The notes under the pieces were generated by a model, which saw nothing but the letters and a program-made list of their open reading frames with translations, made no database searches and was not told the DNA's origin. From the NCBI GenBank assembly GCA_002345745.1, contig DDWQ01000021.1, positions 1-59,911 of the forward strand: a stretch of DNA of 59,911 bases. Reading direction: 5' to 3'. Each line of letters opens with the position of its first letter. Positions within the stretch are counted from its first letter, which is position 1. Source of the DNA: Candidatus Moranbacteria bacterium UBA2282 (lineage in GTDB: Bacteria > Patescibacteriota > Minisyncoccia > Moranbacterales > UBA2206). Positions 35,147-43,466 of the stretch are shown here, one piece after another. The translations under genes and the position numbers were made by a program.

Positions 35147-37168
35147 CTAGACCTCTATTACAACTGGCAATATCATTGGTCTACGCTGAGTTTTGGAATA
35201 AAGAAATGAGCCAACTGTTTCTCGGATATTATTTTTTACATAATCCCAATTGACTGCTGTATCAAGAGATGTTTTCTTGGCAACAATTTCCTCAACTTTT
35301 TTCTTGGTTGCATTAACCAGATCAAAATTTTCCTTAACAAAGATAAATCCTCTGGAAGTGACTTGTGGTTTTCCGACAATCTTTTTCGTCTTGCTGTCGA
35401 TAATAACAGTGATAACAAACATACCATCTTCTGCTAGGACTTGGCGGTCTCGCAGAACAACTTGTCCAATGTCTCCAACACCGAGTCCGTCAACCATAAC
35501 ATAGCTGGTGTCGACTTTTGCTGGCAACATTATAGCTTTGTTATTTTCAATTTCAAGCACGTTGCCATTGTCTAGGACAAACACGTGATCTTTTTCGAAA
35601 CCACTTCTGATAGCCAATTTTTCAGCTTCTTTCAACATATAGTGGTTTCCATAAACCGGCAAAAAGAAATCTGGCTTCACTTGACGAAGCATTTCTTGAA
35701 TATCTTGTGCGCTACAATGACCACTGATATGTACATCTAGAATATCGCTGTGGATTACATTATCACATTTGCGATAGAGATTGTCTTTGAGTCTTTGCAC
35801 GGTGCGTTCATTACCAGGAACAATGGATGATGAAAAGATAATGGTGTCCTTCTTCTCGATTTGGATGTGGCGATGTTCACCGTTAACAATTCGAGAAAGA
35901 ACAGCGTTGCCTTCGCCTTGTGCTCCAGTACAAATAACCACAATTTTGTTGGAAGGATATTTATGTATATCTGCGACAGGGATCAAAGTATCCTTATGCA
36001 TTTTAATATAACCCAATTCTTTGGCAATCTCAACATTCATTTTCATACTATAACCGTCTAAAGAAACCTTTTTACCGATTTGTTCAGCGTATTCTAAGAT
36101 GTGACCAATTCTGTTGATTTGTGAGGAAAACATTCCAATAATAATTTTACCAGATGCCTCACTGATTAGTTTTTCTAAGTTAGCATACATTTCTGCCTCA
36201 GTTGTACGGCTAGGATTAGTATTGATTGCACCTAGACTCTCTAACATCAAAATTCGGGGACTAGGAAGTTTGGCTAGTTCTGTATAAGTCACAAGTGATT
36301 TTCCAGCCTCATCTTTTTCCATAGTCCAATCTCCTGGGTGAACAATTGTGCCATGCGGAGTTTTAATAATGACGCCCACTGCATCCATAATAGAATGTTC
36401 TATTTCAAAAAATTCTATTTCAAGTTTGCCTAGACGCACTTTGTCAGCAACCGATTTGACGCGAATGGTTTTGAGATTTTCGGCAGAACCTTTTTCAAAG
36501 TCCTCCATTTTCTTTTTGACGAGAGCGATTGTCATATCACGACCAACAACGGCAGGATAGCCCAATTGCTTAAGTAAAATTGGAGCTGCACCAATATGAT
36601 CAAGGTGTCCATGACTCAAAACAACCCCGCGAATTTGTTTTTCTTTGCCTTTTAAATAATCAGTGTTAGGAATTATATAATCAATTCCGGGCATATCTTC
36701 TTCCGGAAACATCATTCCCATATCTAAAATAACAATGTCGCCATCATATTCAAAAATAGTCATATTTCTACCAACCTCTTCATTTCCTCCGAGGGGAATA
36801 ATGCGTAAGTTATTTTTTGGTAGTAGTGTCGTTGCAGTTTTTGGTGTAACTCGTTTTGCTCCAGCGTACGAATTAGTAGATCGTGTTTTTGTAGCAGGTC
36901 TTCGAGTTGGATCTTGCGTAGATGTTTTTTTCGGCATCGCATGATAGGCATATGGTGTCACAACTTTGTTATGAAACGAAGTTTGTTTTTTGGGCATCGC
37001 ATTCTGGCTTGCCGGCGATTGCGTAGCACGAGGTGTGCTTACAGGTGCAGATTTAACCGAAAGATGTTGAACTGCTGGTTTAACCGGCAGTTGTTTTGCT
37101 GGGATTCGAGTGAATCTTGGCGGAGTGTTAGTTTGCTTGCCACGAGACAAGTCCATGTTTTTTAACAT
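35147..37168 (-). CDS. rnj: Ribonuclease J with a ~118-aa low-complexity N-terminal extension
   Basis: Metallo-beta-lactamase/beta-CASP core (LRIIPLGGNEEVGRNM, HGHLDHIG). The N-terminus is rich in Pro, Thr, Lys and Ala. Confidence 0.9.
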   Translation of the reverse strand: MLKNMDLSRGKQTNTPPRFTRIPAKQLPVKPAVQHLSVKSAPVSTPRATQSPASQNAMPKKQTSFHNKVVTPYAYHAMPKKTSTQDPTRRPATKTRSTNSYAGAKRVTPKTATTLLPKNNLRIIPLGGNEEVGRNMTIFEYDGDIVILDMGMMFPEEDMPGIDYIIPNTDYLKGKEKQIRGVVLSHGHLDHIGAAPILLKQLGYPAVVGRDMTIALVKKKMEDFEKGSAENLKTIRVKSVADKVRLGKLEIEFFEIEHSIMDAVGVIIKTPHGTIVHPGDWTMEKDEAGKSLVTYTELAKLPSPRILMLESLGAINTNPSRTTEAEMYANLEKLISEASGKIIIGMFSSQINRIGHILEYAEQIGKKVSLDGYSMKMNVEIAKELGYIKMHKDTLIPVADIHKYPSNKIVVICTGAQGEGNAVLSRIVNGEHRHIQIEKKDTIIFSSSIVPGNERTVQRLKDNLYRKCDNVIHSDILDVHISGHCSAQDIQEMLRQVKPDFFLPVYGNHYMLKEAEKLAIRSGFEKDHVFVLDNGNVLEIENNKAIMLPAKVDTSYVMVDGLGVGDIGQVVLRDRQVLAEDGMFVITVIIDSKTKKIVGKPQVTSRGFIFVKENFDLVNATKKKVEEIVAKKTSLDTAVNWDYVKNNIRETVGSFLYSKTQRRPMILPVVIEV

Positions 37169-37472
37169 AGTTTTTTTTGATCTGCCTGTAACATTATTAT
37201 TACAAAAAAAAGCAGATTCAGTTTTAAAGCTTTAGATTTTAATATAAAAAAGAGTATAATATCCAGATAAATAAAAAAAACGTTATTTCATATAATGAAA
37301 GACAATGACACTAAATTGGTATTGCTAGTTTCAAGAAGTCTTGCAGGATTAAACTCTAAGAAGTATTATTATATATTAATAATATACCAATTAGTCTATA
37401 AAGTCAACCATAATTTGAGATTTGGTAAATAAGTGCTTGTTCTAGGTAAAATAAAAGGATATTTCGAAGGGT

Positions 37473-38876
37473 CTATTTTTCTAATCGATTATAAACATCA
37501 TCATAGCGAATGATGTCATCTTCTTCAAAATAATCTCCTGTTTGTACCTCAATAATTTCCAAATTGGTTTTCCCAGGATTAGACAAGCGATGCTTGTGGG
37601 TGGCTGGGATATAGGTGCTTTCGTTTTCGTGTAGCTCTATATCTAGCTCACCATTAATTACACGTGCGAGGCCCTTCACCACAACCCAATGTTCACTACG
37701 CCTTTTGTGGGATTGCAGGGAGAGTGTGGCGCCAGGATAAACAATCAGCTTTTTTACTTTGTGATTTTCATCATCCACTAGCACGCGATATTTTCCCCAC
37801 GGGCGATAGCCCATAATGTTATGGTCAACTTCTTTGTAATTATTAGTCTTTAGATACTCCACAATCTTTTTTACATTTTCACTTTTTCCTTTTTTCTGCA
37901 CTAAAATACAATCATCGTTTTCAATAATAATAAGGTCTTCTACATCCGAAGTGGCAATCAGTTTGTTGGTAGCAGAATGAGCAAAAACATTTTTGGAATC
38001 AATGAAAACATGATTTTTTTGGTTGAGGTTTTTTTCTTGCATAATTTCTGCCATAGAATCAAAGGAGCCAATATCACTCCAGCCAAAGTCACCCTCAAAA
38101 ACAATTACTTTGTCAGATTTTTCTGAGATTGCATAGTCGATGGAAACGGCTGGCAGGTTTTTGAAATTCTGGTCTAGTTGCTCAAAGCTTTTTGCATACT
38201 CAGTGTATATTTCTGGTGCATATTTTTGCAGTTCTTCCGCAAAAGTCCGCTCATTAAAAATATACATTCCACTGTTCCAGACGTATTGGCCAGTGGCGAT
38301 ATATTCTTCAGCTGTTTTTTTGTTAGGTTTTTCTTTAAATTGCAAAACTTGGAAACGACCATTATTCATCTTGCCTTTCTTGATGTAACCGTATCCAGTT
38401 TCTGGTGCAGTGGGGGTGATGCCGATAGTGCCGATATTATCAGCGACTTTATGCATCGCTGTTTGTATTAATTTTACAAAAACATCAATTTTGTTAATAT
38501 TATGATCTGCTGGCAAAAAAATTACTGGCTCATTTTTGAGCACACCTTCCTTCTCTGTGAGATATTTCATAGTCAAGGCAATGGCAGGAGCGGTGTTTAA
38601 GGCCATAGGTTCAGTGATAATTTGTTCTTGACGCACTTCTGGAAAGATTTCTTCGATTTGATCAAAAACATTGAAATAATTTTTTTTATTAGTGACAAAA
38701 TAGATTTGCGAATCTGGCATAATCTTCTGCATACGCAAAAAGGTTTCTTGCAACAGAGATTTATCAGAATATAAGCTAAGAAATTGTTTAGGAAAGCTTT
38801 TGCGGGATAGGGGCCAAAGGCGCGTGCCTGATCCACCGCAGAGAATGACGCTGTACATATATTGGATATAATACAA
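37473..38876 (-). CDS. manC: Mannose-1-phosphate guanylyltransferase / mannose-6-phosphate isomerase (type II, bifunctional)
   Basis: N-terminal LCGGSGTRLWPLSR nucleotidyltransferase motif and a C-terminal cupin (RPWG.Y......KVK.L.V.PG..LSLQ.H..R.EHW.VV.G). TTG at 38876 or ATG at 38858. Confidence 0.85.
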   Translation of the reverse strand: MYYIQYMYSVILCGGSGTRLWPLSRKSFPKQFLSLYSDKSLLQETFLRMQKIMPDSQIYFVTNKKNYFNVFDQIEEIFPEVRQEQIITEPMALNTAPAIALTMKYLTEKEGVLKNEPVIFLPADHNINKIDVFVKLIQTAMHKVADNIGTIGITPTAPETGYGYIKKGKMNNGRFQVLQFKEKPNKKTAEEYIATGQYVWNSGMYIFNERTFAEELQKYAPEIYTEYAKSFEQLDQNFKNLPAVSIDYAISEKSDKVIVFEGDFGWSDIGSFDSMAEIMQEKNLNQKNHVFIDSKNVFAHSATNKLIATSDVEDLIIIENDDCILVQKKGKSENVKKIVEYLKTNNYKEVDHNIMGYRPWGKYRVLVDDENHKVKKLIVYPGATLSLQSHKRRSEHWVVVKGLARVINGELDIELHENESTYIPATHKHRLSNPGKTNLEIIEVQTGDYFEEDDIIRYDDVYNRLEK

Positions 38877-38878
38877 AT

Positions 38879-38953
38879 CTACGAATGAATGCTAATCTAC
38901 GAATATGCAAATTCGCGTATTTGTAGATTTGCATAGAATTCGCGTCATTCGTA
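38879..38953. other. Compound hairpin in the PGI-manC spacer
   Basis: Outer stem TACGAATG (38880-38887) / CATTCGTA (38946-38953). Inner stem AATCTACGAATATGC (38894-38908) / GCGTATTTGTAGATT (38915-38929), with two G-T pairs. Confidence 0.5.
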
Positions 38954-38960
38954 TTGTAAA

Positions 38961-39569
38961 TTAAATAATTACTTCTAGTCCTCCCAAATCTTCTTTAAGA
39001 ATATTTTTGTAACGAGGATTTCTTTTAAGTGCAGCTTTTCCATTATGTTCCACGACATAGTAGGCAAAGCCTTGCATTTCTTTTACTAGCGAATAATCCG
39101 CGTGTCCAGGGAAACTGGCAGGATCACGATCTTCAAAATCTACGGGACTGTCATCAATAGTAACAAAATAAGTTGAACCCGTGTTGGCGAGTAGATGTCC
39201 AAACTTAGCTGGCATAAATATTTTGTCTCCAGTCGTAACGGGAATCGCTTTGAATTCAGCGACAACATCGGTAGTCATTTCTCCATCAGAATTTTCAGCT
39301 AATTTCTGCAACAATGCGACTCCTTCACCATAAGCAATCGTGTAATTTTCGCTCAAGTCACCAATATGGTAATGTCCGTATGTTTTAATATATTCCCCTG
39401 AGATTGTTCCGGGTTCCCAAACGGTGGTATTTTTTTGGTCAACTCCGCCACGAATCATATAATAGTGGATAGCAGGTCCAACGCCATTGGGATCCATTAG
39501 AACCTCAGTCATTTTTTCATGAGTTCGTGAAGCATAGTGCTTGGGAACGTTTTTGAAGTCGATTTCCAT
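38961..39569 (-). CDS. Cupin-type (archaeal-like) glucose-6-phosphate isomerase
   Basis: TYGHYH......ENY.I..G.G..LLQ ... P..FGH...NTG pattern, typical of cupin PGI. Length is ~200 aa. Confidence 0.6.
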   Translation of the reverse strand: MEIDFKNVPKHYASRTHEKMTEVLMDPNGVGPAIHYYMIRGGVDQKNTTVWEPGTISGEYIKTYGHYHIGDLSENYTIAYGEGVALLQKLAENSDGEMTTDVVAEFKAIPVTTGDKIFMPAKFGHLLANTGSTYFVTIDDSPVDFEDRDPASFPGHADYSLVKEMQGFAYYVVEHNGKAALKRNPRYKNILKEDLGGLEVII

Positions 39570-39586
39570 AATTTTTTATTTTTAAA

Positions 39587-41200
39587 TTATTTATTCCAAA
39601 TTCTTTTGGTTTTAATATACCATTTGTCGATGTTGGCAAAGCGTTCAGAAGGGAAAACAAGATTTACAATATCAATACCTTGAATTTTTTTGTTGACAGG
39701 ATAGACATAGTCGGGACTGTAGAGAAAGATGGCTGGAATTTCCGTTGTCAATTTCTTTTGAAAATCACGGTATATTGAAGCCCTCTTATCTGTGTCAAAT
39801 TCTATCCTGCCGTCGTCAATCAATTTGTCAGTGTCAGAATCTCCAAAAAGAGAAAGGTTGAGTCCGGGATCTCTTTTTTGTGTAGAATGCCAAAAGGAAA
39901 ATGGGTCAGGATCAGAACCCATAACTTGTCCAAAAAGAAGGGCATCATATTCGCGCGGACGGATATAATTTTGTTGAATATCAGAAACAGAGAGATTATT
40001 TATTTCAACTTTGACGCCAACTTTTCCCCATTGGGATTTGATTAGTTCAGCTGTCTGAAAAAGCTCGGGCCAATCAGTAGTTACTAAATTTATTTGTAGC
40101 TGTGTGCCATCTTTGCTTCTCCAGCCATCATTATCACGCTTCCAATTTTTTCCATCAAGAATCTCGTTAGCTTTGTCTAAATTAAAATCTATTTTATTTG
40201 CATTTTCATCATAACCAATCATACCAGGAAGAAATGGCGAATAGACTGGTTTACCATTTCCATCAAGGACTGAATCAATAATTTCTTGACGATTAGTGGC
40301 ATAGGCTAGTGCTTCACGAACTTCATCCGAAGCCAGAGGAACACTTTTTGTTTGGTTGAAAAAAACTGCAAAATAGCGGGGAATATTAAATTTATGCATT
40401 AGCGTGCTTTGTGGCAGTTTTATGGTAGCTAAATTTTTAGGAGAAACATTGCTAATTCCCATAATTTCTTTTTGATTATAGGCTGTGATGACAGTGTCAT
40501 CAGGGTAGTAGTTGAAAGTTATTTTAGAGATATAGGGCTTGCCTCCGAAATAATTAGGGTTAGCCACTAACTTGTAGGAAAGGATATTGCCAGAAGAATC
40601 TTTTATGAAAGATGGATTATATTTATATGGTCCACTACCAATTGGCTCTAGATTGAAGTTTGTCAGAGCAAATTTTTCAGGATTAATTGATTCCCAAATG
40701 TGCTTAGGCAAAATTCCGAATGTAAGGTTACTTAAAAAACCAACGTAAGGTGTTTGAATTTTAAAATTCAAAGTATAATCATCGGTGCTGCTAGATTCAA
40801 TGCCTTGCCAATTGGAACGCAACGGACTTTTGTAGGCTGGATCAGCAATGAGATTGATAGTGAAAAGCACGTCAGTAGCTGTCAATGGTTGTCCATCATG
40901 CCAAGCGACATTATTTTTAAGATGAATTGTATATTGTGTTTTATCTTCAGATACGTCATAGCTGTCAACCAAATCATTTGCAAGCTTGCCTTGATTGTCG
41001 TACTTAAAAAGACTACTGAAGATAATTTGCACAAGATCATCATCGGCATTATTGGAAGTTGAAAGTACTGGATTAATGTGTTGTGGTTGTCCGACAACAC
41101 CTTCGATATATTCACCGCCATAATTAGCGATAGAGGTTGTTTTTGAATAATAGGTTATTCCGCCCCAACTAAGGAGAGATGCGACTAGAATAAAAATCAA
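39587..41200 (-). CDS. ABC transporter substrate-binding protein, family 5 (peptide/nickel, OppA/DppA-like)
   Basis: Family-5 SBP size and layout. TTG at 41200 lies inside what looks like the TM anchor. The frame stays open upstream to 41305 with no ATG, GTG or TTG. Confidence 0.75.
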   Translation of the reverse strand: MIFILVASLLSWGGITYYSKTTSIANYGGEYIEGVVGQPQHINPVLSTSNNADDDLVQIIFSSLFKYDNQGKLANDLVDSYDVSEDKTQYTIHLKNNVAWHDGQPLTATDVLFTINLIADPAYKSPLRSNWQGIESSSTDDYTLNFKIQTPYVGFLSNLTFGILPKHIWESINPEKFALTNFNLEPIGSGPYKYNPSFIKDSSGNILSYKLVANPNYFGGKPYISKITFNYYPDDTVITAYNQKEIMGISNVSPKNLATIKLPQSTLMHKFNIPRYFAVFFNQTKSVPLASDEVREALAYATNRQEIIDSVLDGNGKPVYSPFLPGMIGYDENANKIDFNLDKANEILDGKNWKRDNDGWRSKDGTQLQINLVTTDWPELFQTAELIKSQWGKVGVKVEINNLSVSDIQQNYIRPREYDALLFGQVMGSDPDPFSFWHSTQKRDPGLNLSLFGDSDTDKLIDDGRIEFDTDKRASIYRDFQKKLTTEIPAIFLYSPDYVYPVNKKIQGIDIVNLVFPSERFANIDKWYIKTKRIWNK

Positions 41201-41312
41201 GGAAAAAAAAGAAATTTGTTCCTTAATGTTAAGTACTCGAACTATTTTTGGCAGTTGGCTTAGAGATAGCCACTTATTTTTCAGATTGTTACTAATATAT
41301 TTATCTTACTGA

Positions 41313-41546
41313 TTATGAAAGTTTATTCACGAGTACTAAATTGGCAATTGCTAGAACTACAAAAACTATAGCTAGTATTGAGGAAAACACAACTAAGAAT
41401 TTTTCGAAACCTCGCTTGCTGTAATAACCCCCGAAGTCGCCTCCAAAAGTTGAAGATAGTCCTGCGCCGCGATTTTGCATTAAAATTGAGATAACAAGCA
41501 GGATAGCGACAATAATTTCAGCAATGTTAATAATTTGTAGCATCAT
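41313..41546 (-). CDS. secG: Preprotein translocase subunit SecG
   Basis: 77 aa, two TM helices, and the LMQ.RGAGL..TFGG motif. Confidence 0.85.
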   Translation of the reverse strand: MMLQIINIAEIIVAILLVISILMQNRGAGLSSTFGGDFGGYYSKRGFEKFLVVFSSILAIVFVVLAIANLVLVNKLS

Positions 41547-41630
41547 TGATATCGGAGGTCCAGTGGTAATTCTTAATTACAATGTGAATCCCCGTGTAAT
41601 TTAATAATTATCTTTTTGAAAAAATTCTAT

Positions 41631-42023
41631 TTAAAATTTATTTGTATCTCCCGTGTTTTTACTTAGATGCGAGACTAGATGGTTGACAACGCTAATTATA
41701 ATTACACCCCAAAAAGCTGGCCAGAAGCCATTGATTGTTAATTGGGTTAGAAATTTATCAGCCAATAATAATAGCCCAACATTTATAATAATGTTAAATA
41801 AACCAAGCGTTAGAAACACAACTGGCAAAGATATTAGTTCGATAATTGGTTTAACAAAAGCATTTATAAAACCAATTACAATACCGGCAATTAGCAAGTC
41901 AAAAGGTGAGCCGGAAAAAATAAATCCTGGGATATAGCGAGTAGCTATGAGGATAGCTATTGCGTTAGCTATGATTCTGATTAGAAGTTTCATATATTTA
42001 GATATTAATGATGGCATAGTCAC
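41631..42023 (-). CDS. Phage holin family protein (Phage_holin_4_2-like, 4 TM)
   Basis: LIRIIANAIAILIA....PG......F.LLIAGIVIGFINAFVKPI....SLPV.FLTLGLF..IINV.LLLLADK pattern. Confidence 0.7.
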   Translation of the reverse strand: MTMPSLISKYMKLLIRIIANAIAILIATRYIPGFIFSGSPFDLLIAGIVIGFINAFVKPIIELISLPVVFLTLGLFNIIINVGLLLLADKFLTQLTINGFWPAFWGVIIISVVNHLVSHLSKNTGDTNKF

Positions 42024-42112
42024 AGGGGCAAAACTTATAATATCGTAGCATATCCAAAATATCTGGTCAATCTGATTTTTGTTAAATAAATGTATATATT
42101 AATTTGCAAAAG

Positions 42113-42235
42113 TTAGGATTTTTTTACAATAATATCTTTCAACTTAAAAACACTTTTCCCCGAAACTTTCATTTTCGGCTTTTTCTTAGTTTCACGCACC
42201 TCAGCTTTAGTTTTCTTGGATTGTTTATTGGGCAT
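42113..42235 (-). CDS. Possible small (40 aa) lysine-rich protein
   Basis: MPNKQSKKTKAEVRETKKKPKMKVSGKSVFKLKDIIVKKS. It is below the ORF-track cut-off and no family was recognised. Confidence 0.25.
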   Translation of the reverse strand: MPNKQSKKTKAEVRETKKKPKMKVSGKSVFKLKDIIVKKS

Positions 42236-42377
42236 TTGTTTGCTTGTAGCTATTATGGTTTAATTATAGCATGTTATATAGTAAGAATGGAAAGGAAAAA
42301 ATTTAAGGATTAGATAAATTGTGATATAGTATTTTTTTAAAATAGTTACTACAAAATGTAGAATATTAAAAACAGGA

Positions 42378-42406
42378 TTGACGGCAAAAAATAATAGTGA
42401 TAGAAT
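42378..42406 (+). promoter_or_regulatory. Promoter of the RhuM-uvrB unit
   Basis: TTGACG (42378-42383), 17-nt spacer, TAGAAT (42401-42406). Confidence 0.5.
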
Positions 42407-42431
42407 ATCAGTATAAATAATGATTAAATAA

Positions 42432-43463
42432 ATGGAAAATAATAAATCACAAATTGTTATATACAAAGATCAAAGTGGTCAAACTAAGATTGATGTTCGG
42501 TTTGACGGCGATACTGTTTGGCTTTCGCAAAAGCAAATGGCGAAATTGTTTGATTGCAGCGTGGATAATATTAGCTTGCATTTAAAAAATATCTTTAAAG
42601 AGGCTGAATTAAGCGAAAAATCAGTTGTCGAGGAATCCTCGATAACTGCGGTGGATGGGAAGAAATATGATGTGAAACATTATAATTTGGATGCAATAAT
42701 TTCTGTTGGTTATAGAATAAATTCTAAGCGTGGCACACAATTTCGTATTTGGGCAACTCAAAAACTGAAAGAATTTATCCTTAAAGGCTTTGTGTTGGAT
42801 GATGAGCGATTGAAAAATCCAGATTTGCCATTTGATTATTTTGAAGAATTGACTCGTCGCATCGCGGACATCCGCACTTCAGAAAAAAGATTTTATCGAA
42901 AAATTACTGACATTTACGCTACTAGTATTGATTATGATCCGACAGATGAAAAGAGTATTCTTTTTTTTAAAACAGTTCAAAATAAAGTTCACTATGCGAT
43001 TACTGGAAATACGGCGGCAGAAATTGTAATTAATAGAATGGATAGTAATAAGAAGAATTTGGGTCTGACAAATTTTAGGGGTGCTAAGCCAACAAAAGAA
43101 GAGATAATAATTGCTAAAAATTATTTAAGCGAGCAGGAGCTTCTTGTCTTGAATAATCTTGTAGAACAATATCTTGTATTTGCCCAAGGGCAGGCAATGC
43201 AGAGAGTCCCAATGACAATGAATGACTGGATAGAAAAATTACACGGATTTTTGGCTATCAATGATAGAAATATTTTGCAAGATGCAGGTAAGATATCACA
43301 TGAATTGATGGTGGAAATTGCAGGAAGAAAATTTGAGGAGTATAAAAAAATCGAGGCAACAGAAGATACTGATTTTGATGCGGTTGTATTAGATACAATT
43401 GAAAACGCAAAAAATAAATTAAAACTAGGTGATAAAAAATTGAAAAATAAAGCTCGGAAGTAA
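42432..43463 (+). CDS. RhuM family (virulence-associated) protein
   Basis: IVIYKDQSGQTKIDVRFDGDTVWLSQKQMAKLFDCSVDNISLHLKNIF ... ISVGYRINSKRGTQFRIWAT is the RhuM signature. Confidence 0.8.
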   Translation: MENNKSQIVIYKDQSGQTKIDVRFDGDTVWLSQKQMAKLFDCSVDNISLHLKNIFKEAELSEKSVVEESSITAVDGKKYDVKHYNLDAIISVGYRINSKRGTQFRIWATQKLKEFILKGFVLDDERLKNPDLPFDYFEELTRRIADIRTSEKRFYRKITDIYATSIDYDPTDEKSILFFKTVQNKVHYAITGNTAAEIVINRMDSNKKNLGLTNFRGAKPTKEEIIIAKNYLSEQELLVLNNLVEQYLVFAQGQAMQRVPMTMNDWIEKLHGFLAINDRNILQDAGKISHELMVEIAGRKFEEYKKIEATEDTDFDAVVLDTIENAKNKLKLGDKKLKNKARK

Positions 43464-43466
43464 ATT

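Noticed and set aside
42104-42313. 69-aa plus-strand ORF between the holin-family and RhuM genes.
   Set aside because: It is a Phe/Leu-rich mirror image of the Lys-rich minus-strand mini-ORF (42113-42235), has a TTG start and no promoter. The minus-strand reading is at least compositionally protein-like.
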